A stretch of 64,000 nucleotides of DNA from the NCBI GenBank assembly GCA_026414575.1, contig JAOAIS010000001.1, positions 296 to 64,295 on the forward strand, read 5' to 3'. This stretch comes from Aquificaceae bacterium. Lineage in GTDB: Bacteria > Aquificota > Aquificia > Aquificales > Aquificaceae. Under the pieces are notes generated by a model. That model did not search any database, was not told where the DNA came from, and was given only the letters and a program-made list of their open reading frames with translations. Below are positions 17,713-27,802 of the stretch, piece by piece (positions within the stretch are counted from its first letter, which is position 1; every line of letters starts with the position of its first letter). Made by a program: the position numbers and the translations under genes.

Positions 17713-19032
17713 ATGGAAGAAGTTGTCGTCATAGGTGGTGGCCTTGCTGGCTCGGAGGCAAGCTACAGGCTTGCAAGCATGGGCTTTAGGGTGCTTCTCT
17801 ACGAGATGAGACCCAAAAGGCTCACCCCAGCCCATAAGACTGGCGAGCTTGCGGAGCTCGTATGCAGTAACACGCTGGGTAGTATGGAGCTTACATCCGG
17901 CGCAGGTCTTTTGAAGGCTGAGATGGAGATGCTTGGTTCCCTTGTAGTGGAAGCAGGAAGGCATGTCTATGTGCCTGCCGGCACTGCCCTTGCCGTGGAT
18001 AGAAACCTTTTCTCACGCTACATAACAGAAAAAATCCTAAATCACCCCAACATTACCCTTATCAGGGAGGAGGTGAAAAAAGTTCCAAAGGATAGGGTGG
18101 TGGTGGTAGCTTCTGGACCTCTCACCTCGGAATCTCTTGCGGAGGACATAAGGGAGCTTGTGGGCTTTGAATACCTTTATTTTTACGATGCTATAGCCCC
18201 CATAGTGGAGGCAGACAGCGTGGACTTTTCAAAGGGCTTTTGGGCTTCTCGCTACGGAAAGGGCGGAGAGGACTACTTTAACTGCGTTTTGACGGAGGAA
18301 GAGTACAAGGTTTTCTACGAGGCCCTCCTCGGGGCAGAAAAGGTAAAGGCAAAGGATTTTGAAAACCTCGTGTATTTTGAGGGTTGCATGCCAGTAGAGG
18401 AGCTTGCGGAAAGGGGCTACAAGACTCTTCTTTACGGGCCCATGAAGCCTGTGGGGCTTGTGGATCCAAGGACCGGAGGACAGCCCTTTGCGGTAGTCCA
18501 GCTCAGGAAGGAAAACAAAGAAGGAACACTCCTTTCCCTTGTGGGGTTCCAAACCCGCATGACCTATCAGGAGCAGAAAAGGGTTTTAAGACTGATACCG
18601 TGCCTCAGAAACTCAGTTTTTGTCAAGCTTGGCTCCATGCACAGAAACACTTTCATCCAGTCCAACCGCATACTCACACCCTTTCTTAACATGAGAAGGC
18701 AAGGTAACATATTCTTTGCTGGGCAGATAACGGGGGTGGAGGGCTACACGGCTTCCGCAGCTACGGGAATACTGGCAGGCATAAACGCGGGAAGGCTCAT
18801 AAGGGGGCAGGAGCTTACTTTGCCACCAGAAGAGACCATGTTGGGGTCTTTAGTCAGATACATAACCACGAGGGAGGGTATTCTACAACCCATGTCTCCT
18901 GTACTTGGGCTTTTACCCCCTTTGAAGGAAAGCCTAAAAAACAAGCGAGAGAAAAAGAAGAGACTGGCGGAGAGAGCCATAAAAGTCATGGAAATGTGGG
19001 CTAAGGAAGTCAACGGGTTTGCCACCTTTTAG
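17713..19032 (+). CDS. trmFO: Folate/FAD-dependent tRNA m5U54 methyltransferase TrmFO
   Basis: GGGLAGSEA, AELVCSN, FYDAIAP, YGPMKPVGL, MHRNTF, AGQITGVEGY. Confidence 0.97.
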   Translation: MEEVVVIGGGLAGSEASYRLASMGFRVLLYEMRPKRLTPAHKTGELAELVCSNTLGSMELTSGAGLLKAEMEMLGSLVVEAGRHVYVPAGTALAVDRNLFSRYITEKILNHPNITLIREEVKKVPKDRVVVVASGPLTSESLAEDIRELVGFEYLYFYDAIAPIVEADSVDFSKGFWASRYGKGGEDYFNCVLTEEEYKVFYEALLGAEKVKAKDFENLVYFEGCMPVEELAERGYKTLLYGPMKPVGLVDPRTGGQPFAVVQLRKENKEGTLLSLVGFQTRMTYQEQKRVLRLIPCLRNSVFVKLGSMHRNTFIQSNRILTPFLNMRRQGNIFFAGQITGVEGYTASAATGILAGINAGRLIRGQELTLPPEETMLGSLVRYITTREGILQPMSPVLGLLPPLKESLKNKREKKKRLAERAIKVMEMWAKEVNGFATF

Positions 19033-19153
19033 CCCTTTTACTCTAAGACCATATTTGTGTAAACCCATCTTAAGACCTTAGCAGGTTTAAAAACCCTACC
19101 TCCCGCATGCTATCCAGCTTTCTGCATGAGGTCATGTTCTATACTTTACACTC

Positions 19154-20066
19154 ATGGCTGAAAAAGTAAGAGAATGTATTGAAAGAAGGCTCGACAGCGC
19201 CTTCACAAAGCTGATAGGAATAAGAGAAAGACCAAAAGCCCTTTGCCCAGGAAGCTCAAAGAATGGCTGAATTGGAACTGCGGTTGACTAACTGCTAAAG
19301 TCCTACGTTTCTAAACTCAACCTGAAAGTAAACTCTGGCCTGACTCTGCATTAAGAACCATAGCGGAATTTCCGTTTCATTTTGACAAAGAAAGCGAAGA
19401 AAGGCTTAGAATCGTTTACGAGAAGGAAAGAAGGGGACTTTACTACTAAGACATAGAATAAGGCATACCATAATCTGCTATGGTTACCGCCTTGAGGCTG
19501 GCAAAGATGGAACAAATGTGGCATGCCATAATGGCAAAGCGGGCAGGCAAATCCGTTGAAGAACTTGAAAAAATTGCTGGCACAGAAAGGTTTGAAGAGA
19601 GCTTTCTTGACATAGAACAAGAAGATGTGAATTAGTTAAAGTGTGTGGTATTTTGCTCCGTCCCGAGCTTTTCCTCACGGAAGAGAAGTGTGTGATTAAT
19701 CCTGGGCTTTTCCACGTCATAACCGTTGCAATAGAAGACCAACAGAAAACTATAGACCTGCAGGTTTCGATTGCACCAGACCTTCTCATTGGAGACCTTT
19801 TATCAGACATCGAGGTGGCAGAGACTATTCAAAGGCAAGCAGCTATTATGGACATCTTTTTGCTTTGCTATGTTTTTGCAGGGAGAGAAGAGCCTGAAAT
19901 AAGCAGGATAGGAATATACTTTGCCAGACATGGGCACTTGGGAGTTTTTAACGTGCGTGAGCTTATGGACGAGAGCCAGCTGGTGAAGGTTTTCACTTCA
20001 GCCCGCCAGAAATGTTTAGAGAATTTTTACCTAAGATTCTCTTATTTTCTACTGAGTGTCACATAG
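19154..20066 (+). pseudogene. Decayed ~300-codon gene, PD-(D/E)XK nuclease-like
   Basis: Three frames joined by hand: IGTAVD*LLKSYVSKLN / LRLAKMEQ...EDVN*LK / PELFLTEEKCVINPG...PDLLIGDLLSDIE...RIGIYFARHG; about six in-frame stops and two frameshifts. Confidence 0.55.
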
Positions 20067-20110
20067 GAGATAGTGTGCACCCTACAAGCTCACGGATATA
20101 AAGGGAAAGA

Positions 20111-20317
20111 TTGAGAGCAAAACTTAATCACCTCTATGAGCGACGAAAGAGTCTTCAGCATAAAGTCAGTAATGTAAAAAGATGGCTCCTTGAGGCTTTT
20201 ACTAATCCCGTGATAGAACACACCTTTGCCTACATACGCACCCATATAGCCATGGAAAACCTGCCAATCAAAAAAGCACCAGAGTTGAGAGGTTCAAAGG
20301 CTTTAAGAAGCTCATAA
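20111..20317 (+). CDS. Short hypothetical ORF or fragment in the decayed island
   Basis: 68-aa TTG-start ORF, no recognisable motif. Confidence 0.2.
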   Translation: MRAKLNHLYERRKSLQHKVSNVKRWLLEAFTNPVIEHTFAYIRTHIAMENLPIKKAPELRGSKALRSS

Positions 20318-20582
20318 GCTGGTTTTAATTAAGGTTAGAGCGAAGGCTCATATACAGGGCAAGTTTGAAGGTTTAAGGCTTGTAAGGGTTTATCCACACA
20401 GGACAAGCCCTGTCTGTTACAAGCTTGAAAAAGAAGTCAAGGGGGAGGTTTTAAGCCTTAAGTGTTTTTGCGACACTCATGATAGAGATTGTGTGACATC
20501 AGTTAATATGAGAATAAAAGCATTAACGGCCCGTCATTCAAAATTCAGGGGCTGTATGCCTCAGGCTATTACTTACAGAGTT

Positions 20583-20810
20583 CTATGCCGTCGGGGAACG
20601 GCAGGCTGGTAGGCTCTTGTTAGTGTCTTTTCTCTTCCTAAGCTTACTGCTGATCTTGGAGCAGTCTATGTCTTCCCTCTGAAGGTCCAGAGCTTCATCA
20701 AACGGCTAAGTGTGAATGACTATGGTTAGGGACAACGGAACTTTATGTGGGTGTCCATCCACTTTTACAAAACCTTTATCATACCATTTAAAAACCTTAT
20801 CTATGGTCAA
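20583..20810 (-). pseudogene. Possible tyrosine recombinase/integrase relic
   Basis: Hand translation ...LSLTIVIHT*PFDEALDLQREDID... resembles box I (TGxRxxExxxLxxxDID) with the G-x-R lost and a TAG at 20706-20708. Confidence 0.35.
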
Positions 20811-20866
20811 GTCCTATCACCCAGGGCATGCAGGTCAGAGCTGATGGAATTTCTCGGCTTTTGCTT

Positions 20867-20872
20867 TATACT
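20867..20872 (+). promoter_or_regulatory. -10 box (TATACT) of the SRP RNA gene
   Basis: Lies 8 nt before the first paired base of the SRP RNA. Confidence 0.6.
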
Positions 20873-20880
20873 ATTTATTA

Positions 20881-20958
20881 GCCCCGCAACGGGACAGGGT
20901 TGAACCCCGCCAGGCCCGAAAGGGAGCAACGGTGGACCTGCCGTCTCGGGTGCGGGGT
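20881..20958 (+). ncRNA. ffs: Small bacterial SRP RNA (4.5S)
   Basis: CAGGCCC-GAAA-GGGAGCAA helix 8 with GNRA loop; closing stem GCCCCGCA/TGCGGGGT; abuts the stop of the convergent trpB2-like gene. Confidence 0.93.
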
Positions 20959-22257
20959 TTAGGTGTCTGGAAGCTCACCCCTCAGAAAGGCGCTATATGC
21001 GTTAAGGTCAAAGTATCCGTGACCAGAAAGGTTGAAGAGAATTACCTTTTCTTCTCCCGCCTTCTTACACTCCAGGGCTACATCAATCACTTTTCTGATA
21101 GCGTGGGCAGACTCCGGCGCCGGTACTATGCCTTCAGTCCTCGCAAAGGTGATTGCCGCTTCAAAAACATCCCTCTGCTTGTACGCAGATGCGGACACAT
21201 AGCCTTCGTGGTAGAGTAGGCACACTAAGGGTGCATCACCGTGATACCTAAGGCCTCCTGCATGTATGGGTGGAGGTACAAAGTCATGACCGAGGGTATA
21301 CATCTTTATCAGGGGTGTAAGCCCTACCGTATCTCCGTAGTCGTATCTGTATTCGCCTTCTGTTAAGGTGGGGCATGCCTTCGGCTCCACCGCTATCACC
21401 TCAAGATTTGGCTTTTCTCCGGCGAGCTTGTCCCTCAAGAAGGGAAAGGCTATGCCCGCAAAACTACTACCTCCACCTATACAGCCTATTACATAATCTG
21501 GGTAGTAGCCTGCCATCACCATTTGAGCCTTTGCCTCAAGCCCTATGACCGTCTGATGAAGAAGCACATGGTTTAAAACACTTCCCAGTGAGTACTTGGT
21601 ATCTGGCGTAGAGACTGCCCTCTCTATTGCCTCGCTTATGGCTATTCCGAGGCTTCCGGGGTGTTCGGGGTCTTTCTCGTAGAATTTCTTCCCTGACTGG
21701 GTTAGGTTGCTGGGCGAAGGCACCACCTTACCACCCCAAGTTTCCATAAGGATTCTTCTGAAGGGCTTTTGGTTGTAACTCACCCTAACCATAAATATCT
21801 CACACTCAAGCCCGAAGAACTGGGTGGCAAAGGAAAGGGAACTTCCCCACTGACCGGCACCAGTCTCGGTGGTGAGCCTTTTGACACCCGATATTTTGTT
21901 GTAATATGCTTGAGCCACTGCGGTGTTTGGCTTGTGACTGCCGGGTGGGGAGACGCTCTCGTTCTTGTAGAATATCTTTGCAGGCGTTCCCAAGTATTCC
22001 TCCAAGTTCTTTGCCCTGTGAAGGGGTGTGGGTCTCCATAGGCTGTATATTTTCAGCACCTCTTCTGGTATATCTATCCATTCCCTGTCTGAAACTTCCT
22101 GCTCCACTATGGGCTCGGGGAATATGGCAAGCATCTTTTCGGGACTTACAGGATTACCCGTCTGAGGGTCAAGTGGTGGGTCCAAGGGTTTGGGGAGATA
22201 GGGGACAATGTTGAACCATCTTTTTGGCATCCTGTCTTCGGACAGAAAGTACTTCAT
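20959..22257 (-). CDS. trpB2: TrpB2-type tryptophan synthase beta chain
   Basis: GSHKPNTA (PLP lysine), [35 protein letters not shown]; ATG 22257 follows GGAGGTG. Confidence 0.95.
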   Translation of the reverse strand: MKYFLSEDRMPKRWFNIVPYLPKPLDPPLDPQTGNPVSPEKMLAIFPEPIVEQEVSDREWIDIPEEVLKIYSLWRPTPLHRAKNLEEYLGTPAKIFYKNESVSPPGSHKPNTAVAQAYYNKISGVKRLTTETGAGQWGSSLSFATQFFGLECEIFMVRVSYNQKPFRRILMETWGGKVVPSPSNLTQSGKKFYEKDPEHPGSLGIAISEAIERAVSTPDTKYSLGSVLNHVLLHQTVIGLEAKAQMVMAGYYPDYVIGCIGGGSSFAGIAFPFLRDKLAGEKPNLEVIAVEPKACPTLTEGEYRYDYGDTVGLTPLIKMYTLGHDFVPPPIHAGGLRYHGDAPLVCLLYHEGYVSASAYKQRDVFEAAITFARTEGIVPAPESAHAIRKVIDVALECKKAGEEKVILFNLSGHGYFDLNAYSAFLRGELPDT

Positions 22258-22579
22258 GTTCACCTCCGGCAATTTTTTGTCATCGACTTCATAAAGCCCT
22301 TCGGTATTCCATGGACTATCCTTTACATTTTACATTGCAGGGCATGCCTGCTTTTATCCAGGTGTGGGGTAAGAATGCTAAAAACTGCTTCTCTTTTCCA
22401 CCTTCTGGCTCAAAGATAGGGGGCTTCAAGTCAATCCCTCCAAGTGCATCGGCTTTTTCTTTTTTAGGGTCGACTCACAAAGTCCAAAGTTTGGACTCTT
22501 GGAAACCTGCGCCTGCGCTTCTTTCCAACTTTTAATTATGCTTCTTTCCCTCTTCATGGGAGTAGCCCTGCAGATAATT

Positions 22580-23134
22580 TTAACTAATAGCCTTCCACAA
22601 TATGCTGGCTAAATCCTCCACAAGAACTTCCTCCTTTTGAAGAATGCCGGCTTCCACGAGGAGAAAGGTCCTTTCAAGCAGGCCCACAAAAAGGGCAAGG
22701 GCGTATTCCTGCTTTACTTTCACATGCCCTTTCCTTATGCCCTCATCCATCAGCTCAAGTATGGCATCCTTGGGAAGCGGACTAAAGCTCTTTACATCCT
22801 TTGCCCTCAGGTAGTGAAAAAGGCTTAGATACTTGAAGGCGGAAGGGTTCTCAAAGCAAAAGGAGAGGAAGGCTCTTATGGTCTCTGAAAAACGTTCTCT
22901 GTAAGAACTTTCACCCCTTACGGCGGATATGAGCCTTCTGTAGAAATCCTCCGAGTAGGTTTGGAAAAGACCCAGCACTATCTCGTCTTTGCTGGCAAAA
23001 TGCCTGTAAATGGCGCCTTCTGTCACTCCCACTTGTTTAGCTATATCCTTTATGGTGGTCTCTCTTATGCCCTTTTCTGAGAAGAGCTTCATCGATGCTT
23101 CCAGAATCCTTTCTTTTGTATCCTTCCTACGCAT
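22580..23134 (-). CDS. TetR/AcrR-family regulator
   Basis: ILEASMKLFSEKG...TTIKDIAKQVGVTEGAIYRHFASKDE HTH. Confidence 0.95.
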   Translation of the reverse strand: MRRKDTKERILEASMKLFSEKGIRETTIKDIAKQVGVTEGAIYRHFASKDEIVLGLFQTYSEDFYRRLISAVRGESSYRERFSETIRAFLSFCFENPSAFKYLSLFHYLRAKDVKSFSPLPKDAILELMDEGIRKGHVKVKQEYALALFVGLLERTFLLVEAGILQKEEVLVEDLASILWKAIS

Positions 23135-23211
23135 GTAAGGAAATTATAAATTATGTTAGTTTGTACTTGCTTACGAGTTTTAGTCTGTGATTGAGATATC
23201 CTTATCTATCC

Positions 23212-25173
23212 ATGGAAAGACTAAACCCATCTCAGGAAAGGGTTGTGAAACACTTTGGAAGTCCTCTTCTTGTTGTGGCGGGCGCCGGTTCAGGCAAAAC
23301 GAAGACCCTTGCCCACAAGGTGGAGTTTCTTATAAGGGAGAAGGGTATAAGCCCCGAAAGAATACTGGCCATAACCTTTACCAACAAGGCGGGCAGGGAG
23401 ATAAGGGAAAGGGTAAAGAGGGTGGTTGGTGTGGAGTTGAGTTGGTCTGGCACCTTCCACTCTGTGGCTATGAGGCTCTTGAGGGAGAGGGGTAAAGAAG
23501 TGGGTCTTGAGCCAGATTTTGGCATAATCTCAGAAGCTGACAGAAACCAGCTAATTAAGCAGTTAGCCCAGCACAGGGGTTTTAGCCCCGAAAGGTTAAA
23601 GGCTTACATTTCAAGGAGGATTGAAAATCTCGACGAGGAGCATCCGCCGCTTGAGGAGACCTTTCAAGAATTCCTATATGCGCTAAAGGAGATGAAGCTT
23701 TTGGACTTTAGCGGTCTTATGTTCTACTTTTATAGACTTCTCAGGGAAAAGCCTTTGTTGAAGGATAGATTTGACTTTGTCCTTGTGGACGAGTTTCAGG
23801 ATACCAACACGGTTCAGTATGAGGTCATAAAAATCCTTTCAGGGGAGAACATATGCGTAGTTGGAGACCCCAACCAGTGTATCTACGGGTGGAGGTATGC
23901 AAGACCCGACAACATACTGCGTTTTAGGGAAGACTTCAGCCCCCAGGTGATAAAGCTTGAGCACAACTACCGTTCAAAGCCCTACATCCTGCATGTGGCC
24001 AATGCAATTCTTGAAGCATCTCATGCCCAGTGGAAAGAGCTTGTGCCAGTTCTTAAGCCCGTAAGACAAGGAGAGGAAAAGCCTTCGGTAAGAAGGTTTG
24101 AAAGGGAAGAGGAGGAGGCTCTTTGGATTGCCCAAAAAACAAAGGAGCTTTTAGGTCTTTACAAACCCTCTCAGATAGCGGTACTGGTTAGAGTTGGCTA
24201 CATCACAGAGCCTATAGAGAGGGCTTTTTACAGTCTTAAGGTTCCTTACAGGGTGGTGGGAGCGGTAAGGTTTTTTGAAAGGGCTGAGGTAAGAGACGCC
24301 CTAAGCTTTCTCAAGGTACTTATAAATCCCAGAGACAGGCTCAGCTTTTGGAGAGCTGTAGGCATAGCCACAAGGGGTATAGGGGAAAAGACCCTCCAGC
24401 TTGTGCTGGAGCTTGGCAGGGGCGACTGTCTTGAGGGCTCTTGGCTTGCCCTAAAAAGACTGCCACAGCAAAAAGCCAAGGAGCTTTTTCATTTTCTCAA
24501 GACTCTTGATGTCTTTAGGAGAAACTTAGAAAACTACCCTTACGCCCTCGAAGAGCTCTTGAACAGCTTGGATTTCTGGACTTATCTGGAAGAGAGCTAC
24601 AAGGAGGATGAAGAAAGGGGGAAGAATATAAGGGAGCTTTTGAGATACCTAAGACAAAAACACGAGGAGGGTTATAGTCCTGAGGATGTTTTGCAGGAAG
24701 TGGACTTTTTGCTTGAGCAGGAAGAAGGTGAGGGTGCGGTCAGGATAATGACCGTCCACGCCAGCAAGGGTCTTGAGTTTGATGTGGTTTTCCTACCAAG
24801 GCTTGAGGAAGGTGTATTGCCCCATGAAAGGGCGAGGGAGAGCCAAGAAGAGCTTGAGGAAGAGCTCAGACTTTTTTATGTGGCGGTGACCCGAGCCAAG
24901 GACCTTCTATTCATGAGCTACACCAAAAGCTCAAAGCCGAGCAGGTTTCTTTCCTGCATACCCAAGGATTTTCTTGACCTTTCCTCCTTCAAAAGGAAAA
25001 GCGCTTATATGCCAGAGCTTGAGAGCCTTCATAAAATCGGTGTGGGCGACAGGGTAAGACACGAAGTTTTTGGCGAGGGCGTGGTCCTTAGCCTTCAGGA
25101 TTCAAAGGCGTTGGTGGAGTTCAAGAGCGGAAGAAAAAGCATCCACACAGCCTTTTTACACCCTGTGTTATAA
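23212..25173 (+). CDS. pcrA: UvrD/PcrA superfamily 1 DNA helicase
   Basis: LNPSQ, AGAGSGKT, VDEFQDTN, GDPNQCIYGWR, NYRS, TVHASKGLEF, RLFYVAVTRAK, C-terminal Tudor-like RHEVFGEG. Confidence 0.9.
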   Translation: MERLNPSQERVVKHFGSPLLVVAGAGSGKTKTLAHKVEFLIREKGISPERILAITFTNKAGREIRERVKRVVGVELSWSGTFHSVAMRLLRERGKEVGLEPDFGIISEADRNQLIKQLAQHRGFSPERLKAYISRRIENLDEEHPPLEETFQEFLYALKEMKLLDFSGLMFYFYRLLREKPLLKDRFDFVLVDEFQDTNTVQYEVIKILSGENICVVGDPNQCIYGWRYARPDNILRFREDFSPQVIKLEHNYRSKPYILHVANAILEASHAQWKELVPVLKPVRQGEEKPSVRRFEREEEEALWIAQKTKELLGLYKPSQIAVLVRVGYITEPIERAFYSLKVPYRVVGAVRFFERAEVRDALSFLKVLINPRDRLSFWRAVGIATRGIGEKTLQLVLELGRGDCLEGSWLALKRLPQQKAKELFHFLKTLDVFRRNLENYPYALEELLNSLDFWTYLEESYKEDEERGKNIRELLRYLRQKHEEGYSPEDVLQEVDFLLEQEEGEGAVRIMTVHASKGLEFDVVFLPRLEEGVLPHERARESQEELEEELRLFYVAVTRAKDLLFMSYTKSSKPSRFLSCIPKDFLDLSSFKRKSAYMPELESLHKIGVGDRVRHEVFGEGVVLSLQDSKALVEFKSGRKSIHTAFLHPVL

Positions 25174-25180
25174 TTAGCAT

Positions 25181-25906
25181 ATGCCAAAGGCCACAAGAGT
25201 AGCTTGGAGCATAACCCATCAGGAGTTTACCGTAACAGACTACTACTACTTTTCCGTCTTGCAAAAAGAGGCTGAAAGAAGGGGTTTTGTGGTCCACGAA
25301 GTGGATAGCTGGAAAAAGCTTCCTGAATACGATACCATAGTCTTTAACTACCCCGAGATACCCTTTACTGAGGAGGAAGCCCAGGAGGTGGAAAGGTGGG
25401 TCTGGGAAGGGGGTAAGAAGGTGATACTCCTTGGCTACTACAAGAACGAGGACCATATAGCGGACACCTGCAACACATTGGCAAGAAGGTTTGGCATGGA
25501 GCTAAACCCTGATGAGGTAACCGACGACAAGAATAACCATCAGGGGGATAGGCACTTCGTGGTAACCTCAAAGATAAGACGGTATAACAAAAGCGAGAAA
25601 AACGAGGTAAATGTGAATAGAGTCATGCTTGCCTGCAGTGCCTCCATAAAGCCTCTTATGCCAGACATAAAGGTGGTGGTGAGGGCAGAAGATACAGCCC
25701 AGTCCAACATGGGAAACTACACCCTTCTAATAGCGGAACAGCTTGCACCCACCAGCGGGGGATACTTCTGCCTTGCTGGCACCTGCGTCTTCTGGGACAA
25801 TTACTCTATAACCCTATACGATAACTTGGAGTTTTCTCTAAACCTTTTGAGACACTCACCCCAGCCTAAGGGGGAGGCTGGCAAGCCTGTAATACTTGAA
25901 TTCTAA
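25181..25906 (+). CDS. Hypothetical protein, class I GATase-like/DUF4350(GIFT)-like fold
   Basis: YDTIVFNYPEIPFTEEEAQEVERWVWEGG...NTLARRFGMELN pattern; extended -10 (TGtTATAAT) 6 nt before ATG. Confidence 0.55.
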   Translation: MPKATRVAWSITHQEFTVTDYYYFSVLQKEAERRGFVVHEVDSWKKLPEYDTIVFNYPEIPFTEEEAQEVERWVWEGGKKVILLGYYKNEDHIADTCNTLARRFGMELNPDEVTDDKNNHQGDRHFVVTSKIRRYNKSEKNEVNVNRVMLACSASIKPLMPDIKVVVRAEDTAQSNMGNYTLLIAEQLAPTSGGYFCLAGTCVFWDNYSITLYDNLEFSLNLLRHSPQPKGEAGKPVILEF

Positions 25907-25926
25907 ATTTTCAGAGGAGGGGTAAG

Positions 25927-26868
25927 ATGGAAGCCTTGAGAATGATAGAGGAGTTTCCCGAGCAGTTCAGAAAATTGGAATGTGACAGCCTTAACTTGGA
26001 AGACTACGAGGGTGTTCTGTTTAGTGGAATGGGGGGCTCGGGCATGGTGGGTGACTTTATGAAACTCTTTTTGAAAAGCGACAGACCTGTTTTGTCTCTA
26101 AGGGGTTATGAGCTACCTGCCTTTGTCAAAAAGAACTGGCTTTTGGTGTGCACCAGCTACAGCGGTAATACGGAGGAGACGATAAGTGTCCTCGAAGAGG
26201 CGGTGAGGAGAGGTATAAGGACCGTGTGCGTGAGTTCTGGCGGAAGGCTGAAGGAAATAGCCGAGAGGGAAAGACTTGTCCATCTTCCTCTACTCCAAGG
26301 CTACCCACCAAGATACGCCCTTGGCTTCATGCTCTCTGCCCTTTTGTGCCTTTTTGGCATGAAAGCAGAGGTGGAAAGGCTTAGAGAGCATCTTGCCAAA
26401 AGCAAGGAAAGAATAAGGGAAGAAGCTAAGGGCCTGGCGGAGGGTATGTTTACCTACCTGCCAGTGGTTTACGGCACGCCCCTTACGGAGCCTGTAGCCT
26501 TCCGCTGGAAGACCCAGATAAACGAAAACTCCAAGACCCTTTGCTACAACGCCTTTCTTCCGGAGATGCACCACAACGAGGTGGTTGGACTTGACAACCC
26601 TCAGATAAGAAACCTCTGCATCTTTACCCTCCTCTACGATCCCGAGGACCATACAAGAATCCTAAAGAGGGTTGAGATTACAGAGCACATATTCAAAGAG
26701 TTGGGCGTGGTGTTAAGATTACTCAAGGGCGAGGGTCAAAATCTTATGGAGAGGTTACTTTACCTTACCTACCTTGGTGACTGGGTAAGCCTTCATCTTT
26801 CGGACATATACGGACAGGACCCACTGCCCGTCAAGGTCATAGACTTTATTAAGAGGAGTCTGGTTTGA
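25927..26868 (+). CDS. Bifunctional phosphoglucose/phosphomannose isomerase
   Basis: GMGGSG, SYSGNTEET, SSGG, PPRYA, RWKTQINENSK, PEMHHNE. Confidence 0.93.
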   Translation: MEALRMIEEFPEQFRKLECDSLNLEDYEGVLFSGMGGSGMVGDFMKLFLKSDRPVLSLRGYELPAFVKKNWLLVCTSYSGNTEETISVLEEAVRRGIRTVCVSSGGRLKEIAERERLVHLPLLQGYPPRYALGFMLSALLCLFGMKAEVERLREHLAKSKERIREEAKGLAEGMFTYLPVVYGTPLTEPVAFRWKTQINENSKTLCYNAFLPEMHHNEVVGLDNPQIRNLCIFTLLYDPEDHTRILKRVEITEHIFKELGVVLRLLKGEGQNLMERLLYLTYLGDWVSLHLSDIYGQDPLPVKVIDFIKRSLV

Positions 26869-26884
26869 GTATAATAAGGACAAC

Positions 26885-27802
26885 ATGGAGCTGAACTGGT
26901 TTATCTTCGGTGCGGTAGTGGTGATAGCCCTTTTTCTCGACCTTTTTGTCTTTCACAGGAACCCACACAAAATATCCTTAAAAGAAGCCCTTCTGCTGTC
27001 CGCCTTTTGGATAGCGGTTGGTATTGCCTTTGGTGCCTATGTTTACTACACCAAGGGCTACGAGAGGGGCATCGAATACATGACGGGATACCTCCTTGAG
27101 AAAGCTCTTAGCCTTGACAACATTTTCGTATTCATACTTATCTTTTCCTACTTTAAGGTGCCAGAGGAGTACAGACATAAGGTCCTCTTCTGGGGCGTTT
27201 TTGGTGCGATTGTCTTTAGGGCCATTTTTATCTTTGCGGGTCTTGAACTTCTCAAGCACTTTCACTGGATGGTATACATCTTCGGCATCATCCTAATAGT
27301 GTCTGCCATAAAGCTTCTCACCACGGAAGAAAAGGAGTTTCATCCCGAACACACCCTCGTTTACCGAGTTGCCAAAAGACTCATTCCCATGAAGCCCAAC
27401 TACGCGGATGGCAGGTTTTTCCTGAAGGAATCTGGAAAGCTCTTCGCCACACCCATGTTCCTCGCTCTTCTTTTTGTGGAAAGTTCAGACATCATGTTTG
27501 CCATAGACTCTGTGCCAGCCATCATAGCCATATCCAAAGACCCCTTTGTGGTTTACACTTCCAACATATTTGCCATACTCGGACTAAGATCCCTGTACTT
27601 TGCCGCCGCAGGAGTTTTACCCCTTTTCCATTACCTTCACTACGGACTTTCCTTTATTCTGGGCTTTATAGGTGTTAAGATGCTACTTTCGGACTTTTAC
27701 AAGATACCGGTAGAGGTTTCCCTCCTTCTTATAGGCAGTGCCATATTCGTGTCGGTGGTAGCCTCCATCTTGGTAAAGAGGGAGAGAGAATCCTCTGAAT
27801 GA
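26885..27802 (+). CDS. TerC/Alx-family membrane protein
   Basis: YLLEKALSLDNIFVF, DIMFAIDSVPA, YTSNIFAILGLRSLYF. Confidence 0.95.
   Translation: MELNWFIFGAVVVIALFLDLFVFHRNPHKISLKEALLLSAFWIAVGIAFGAYVYYTKGYERGIEYMTGYLLEKALSLDNIFVFILIFSYFKVPEEYRHKVLFWGVFGAIVFRAIFIFAGLELLKHFHWMVYIFGIILIVSAIKLLTTEEKEFHPEHTLVYRVAKRLIPMKPNYADGRFFLKESGKLFATPMFLALLFVESSDIMFAIDSVPAIIAISKDPFVVYTSNIFAILGLRSLYFAAAGVLPLFHYLHYGLSFILGFIGVKMLLSDFYKIPVEVSLLLIGSAIFVSVVASILVKRERESSE

Noticed and set aside
20390-20398. oriC
   Set aside because: Only one DnaA box, with no box cluster, unwinding element or dnaA gene nearby
22336-22572. MITE bounded by TGCAGGGC/GCCCTGCA
   Set aside because: Only an 8-bp inverted repeat, no target-site duplication and no second copy in the window
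26869-26884. yybP-ykoY manganese riboswitch before the TerC/Alx gene
   Set aside because: The gap is 16 nt and contains only a -10 box
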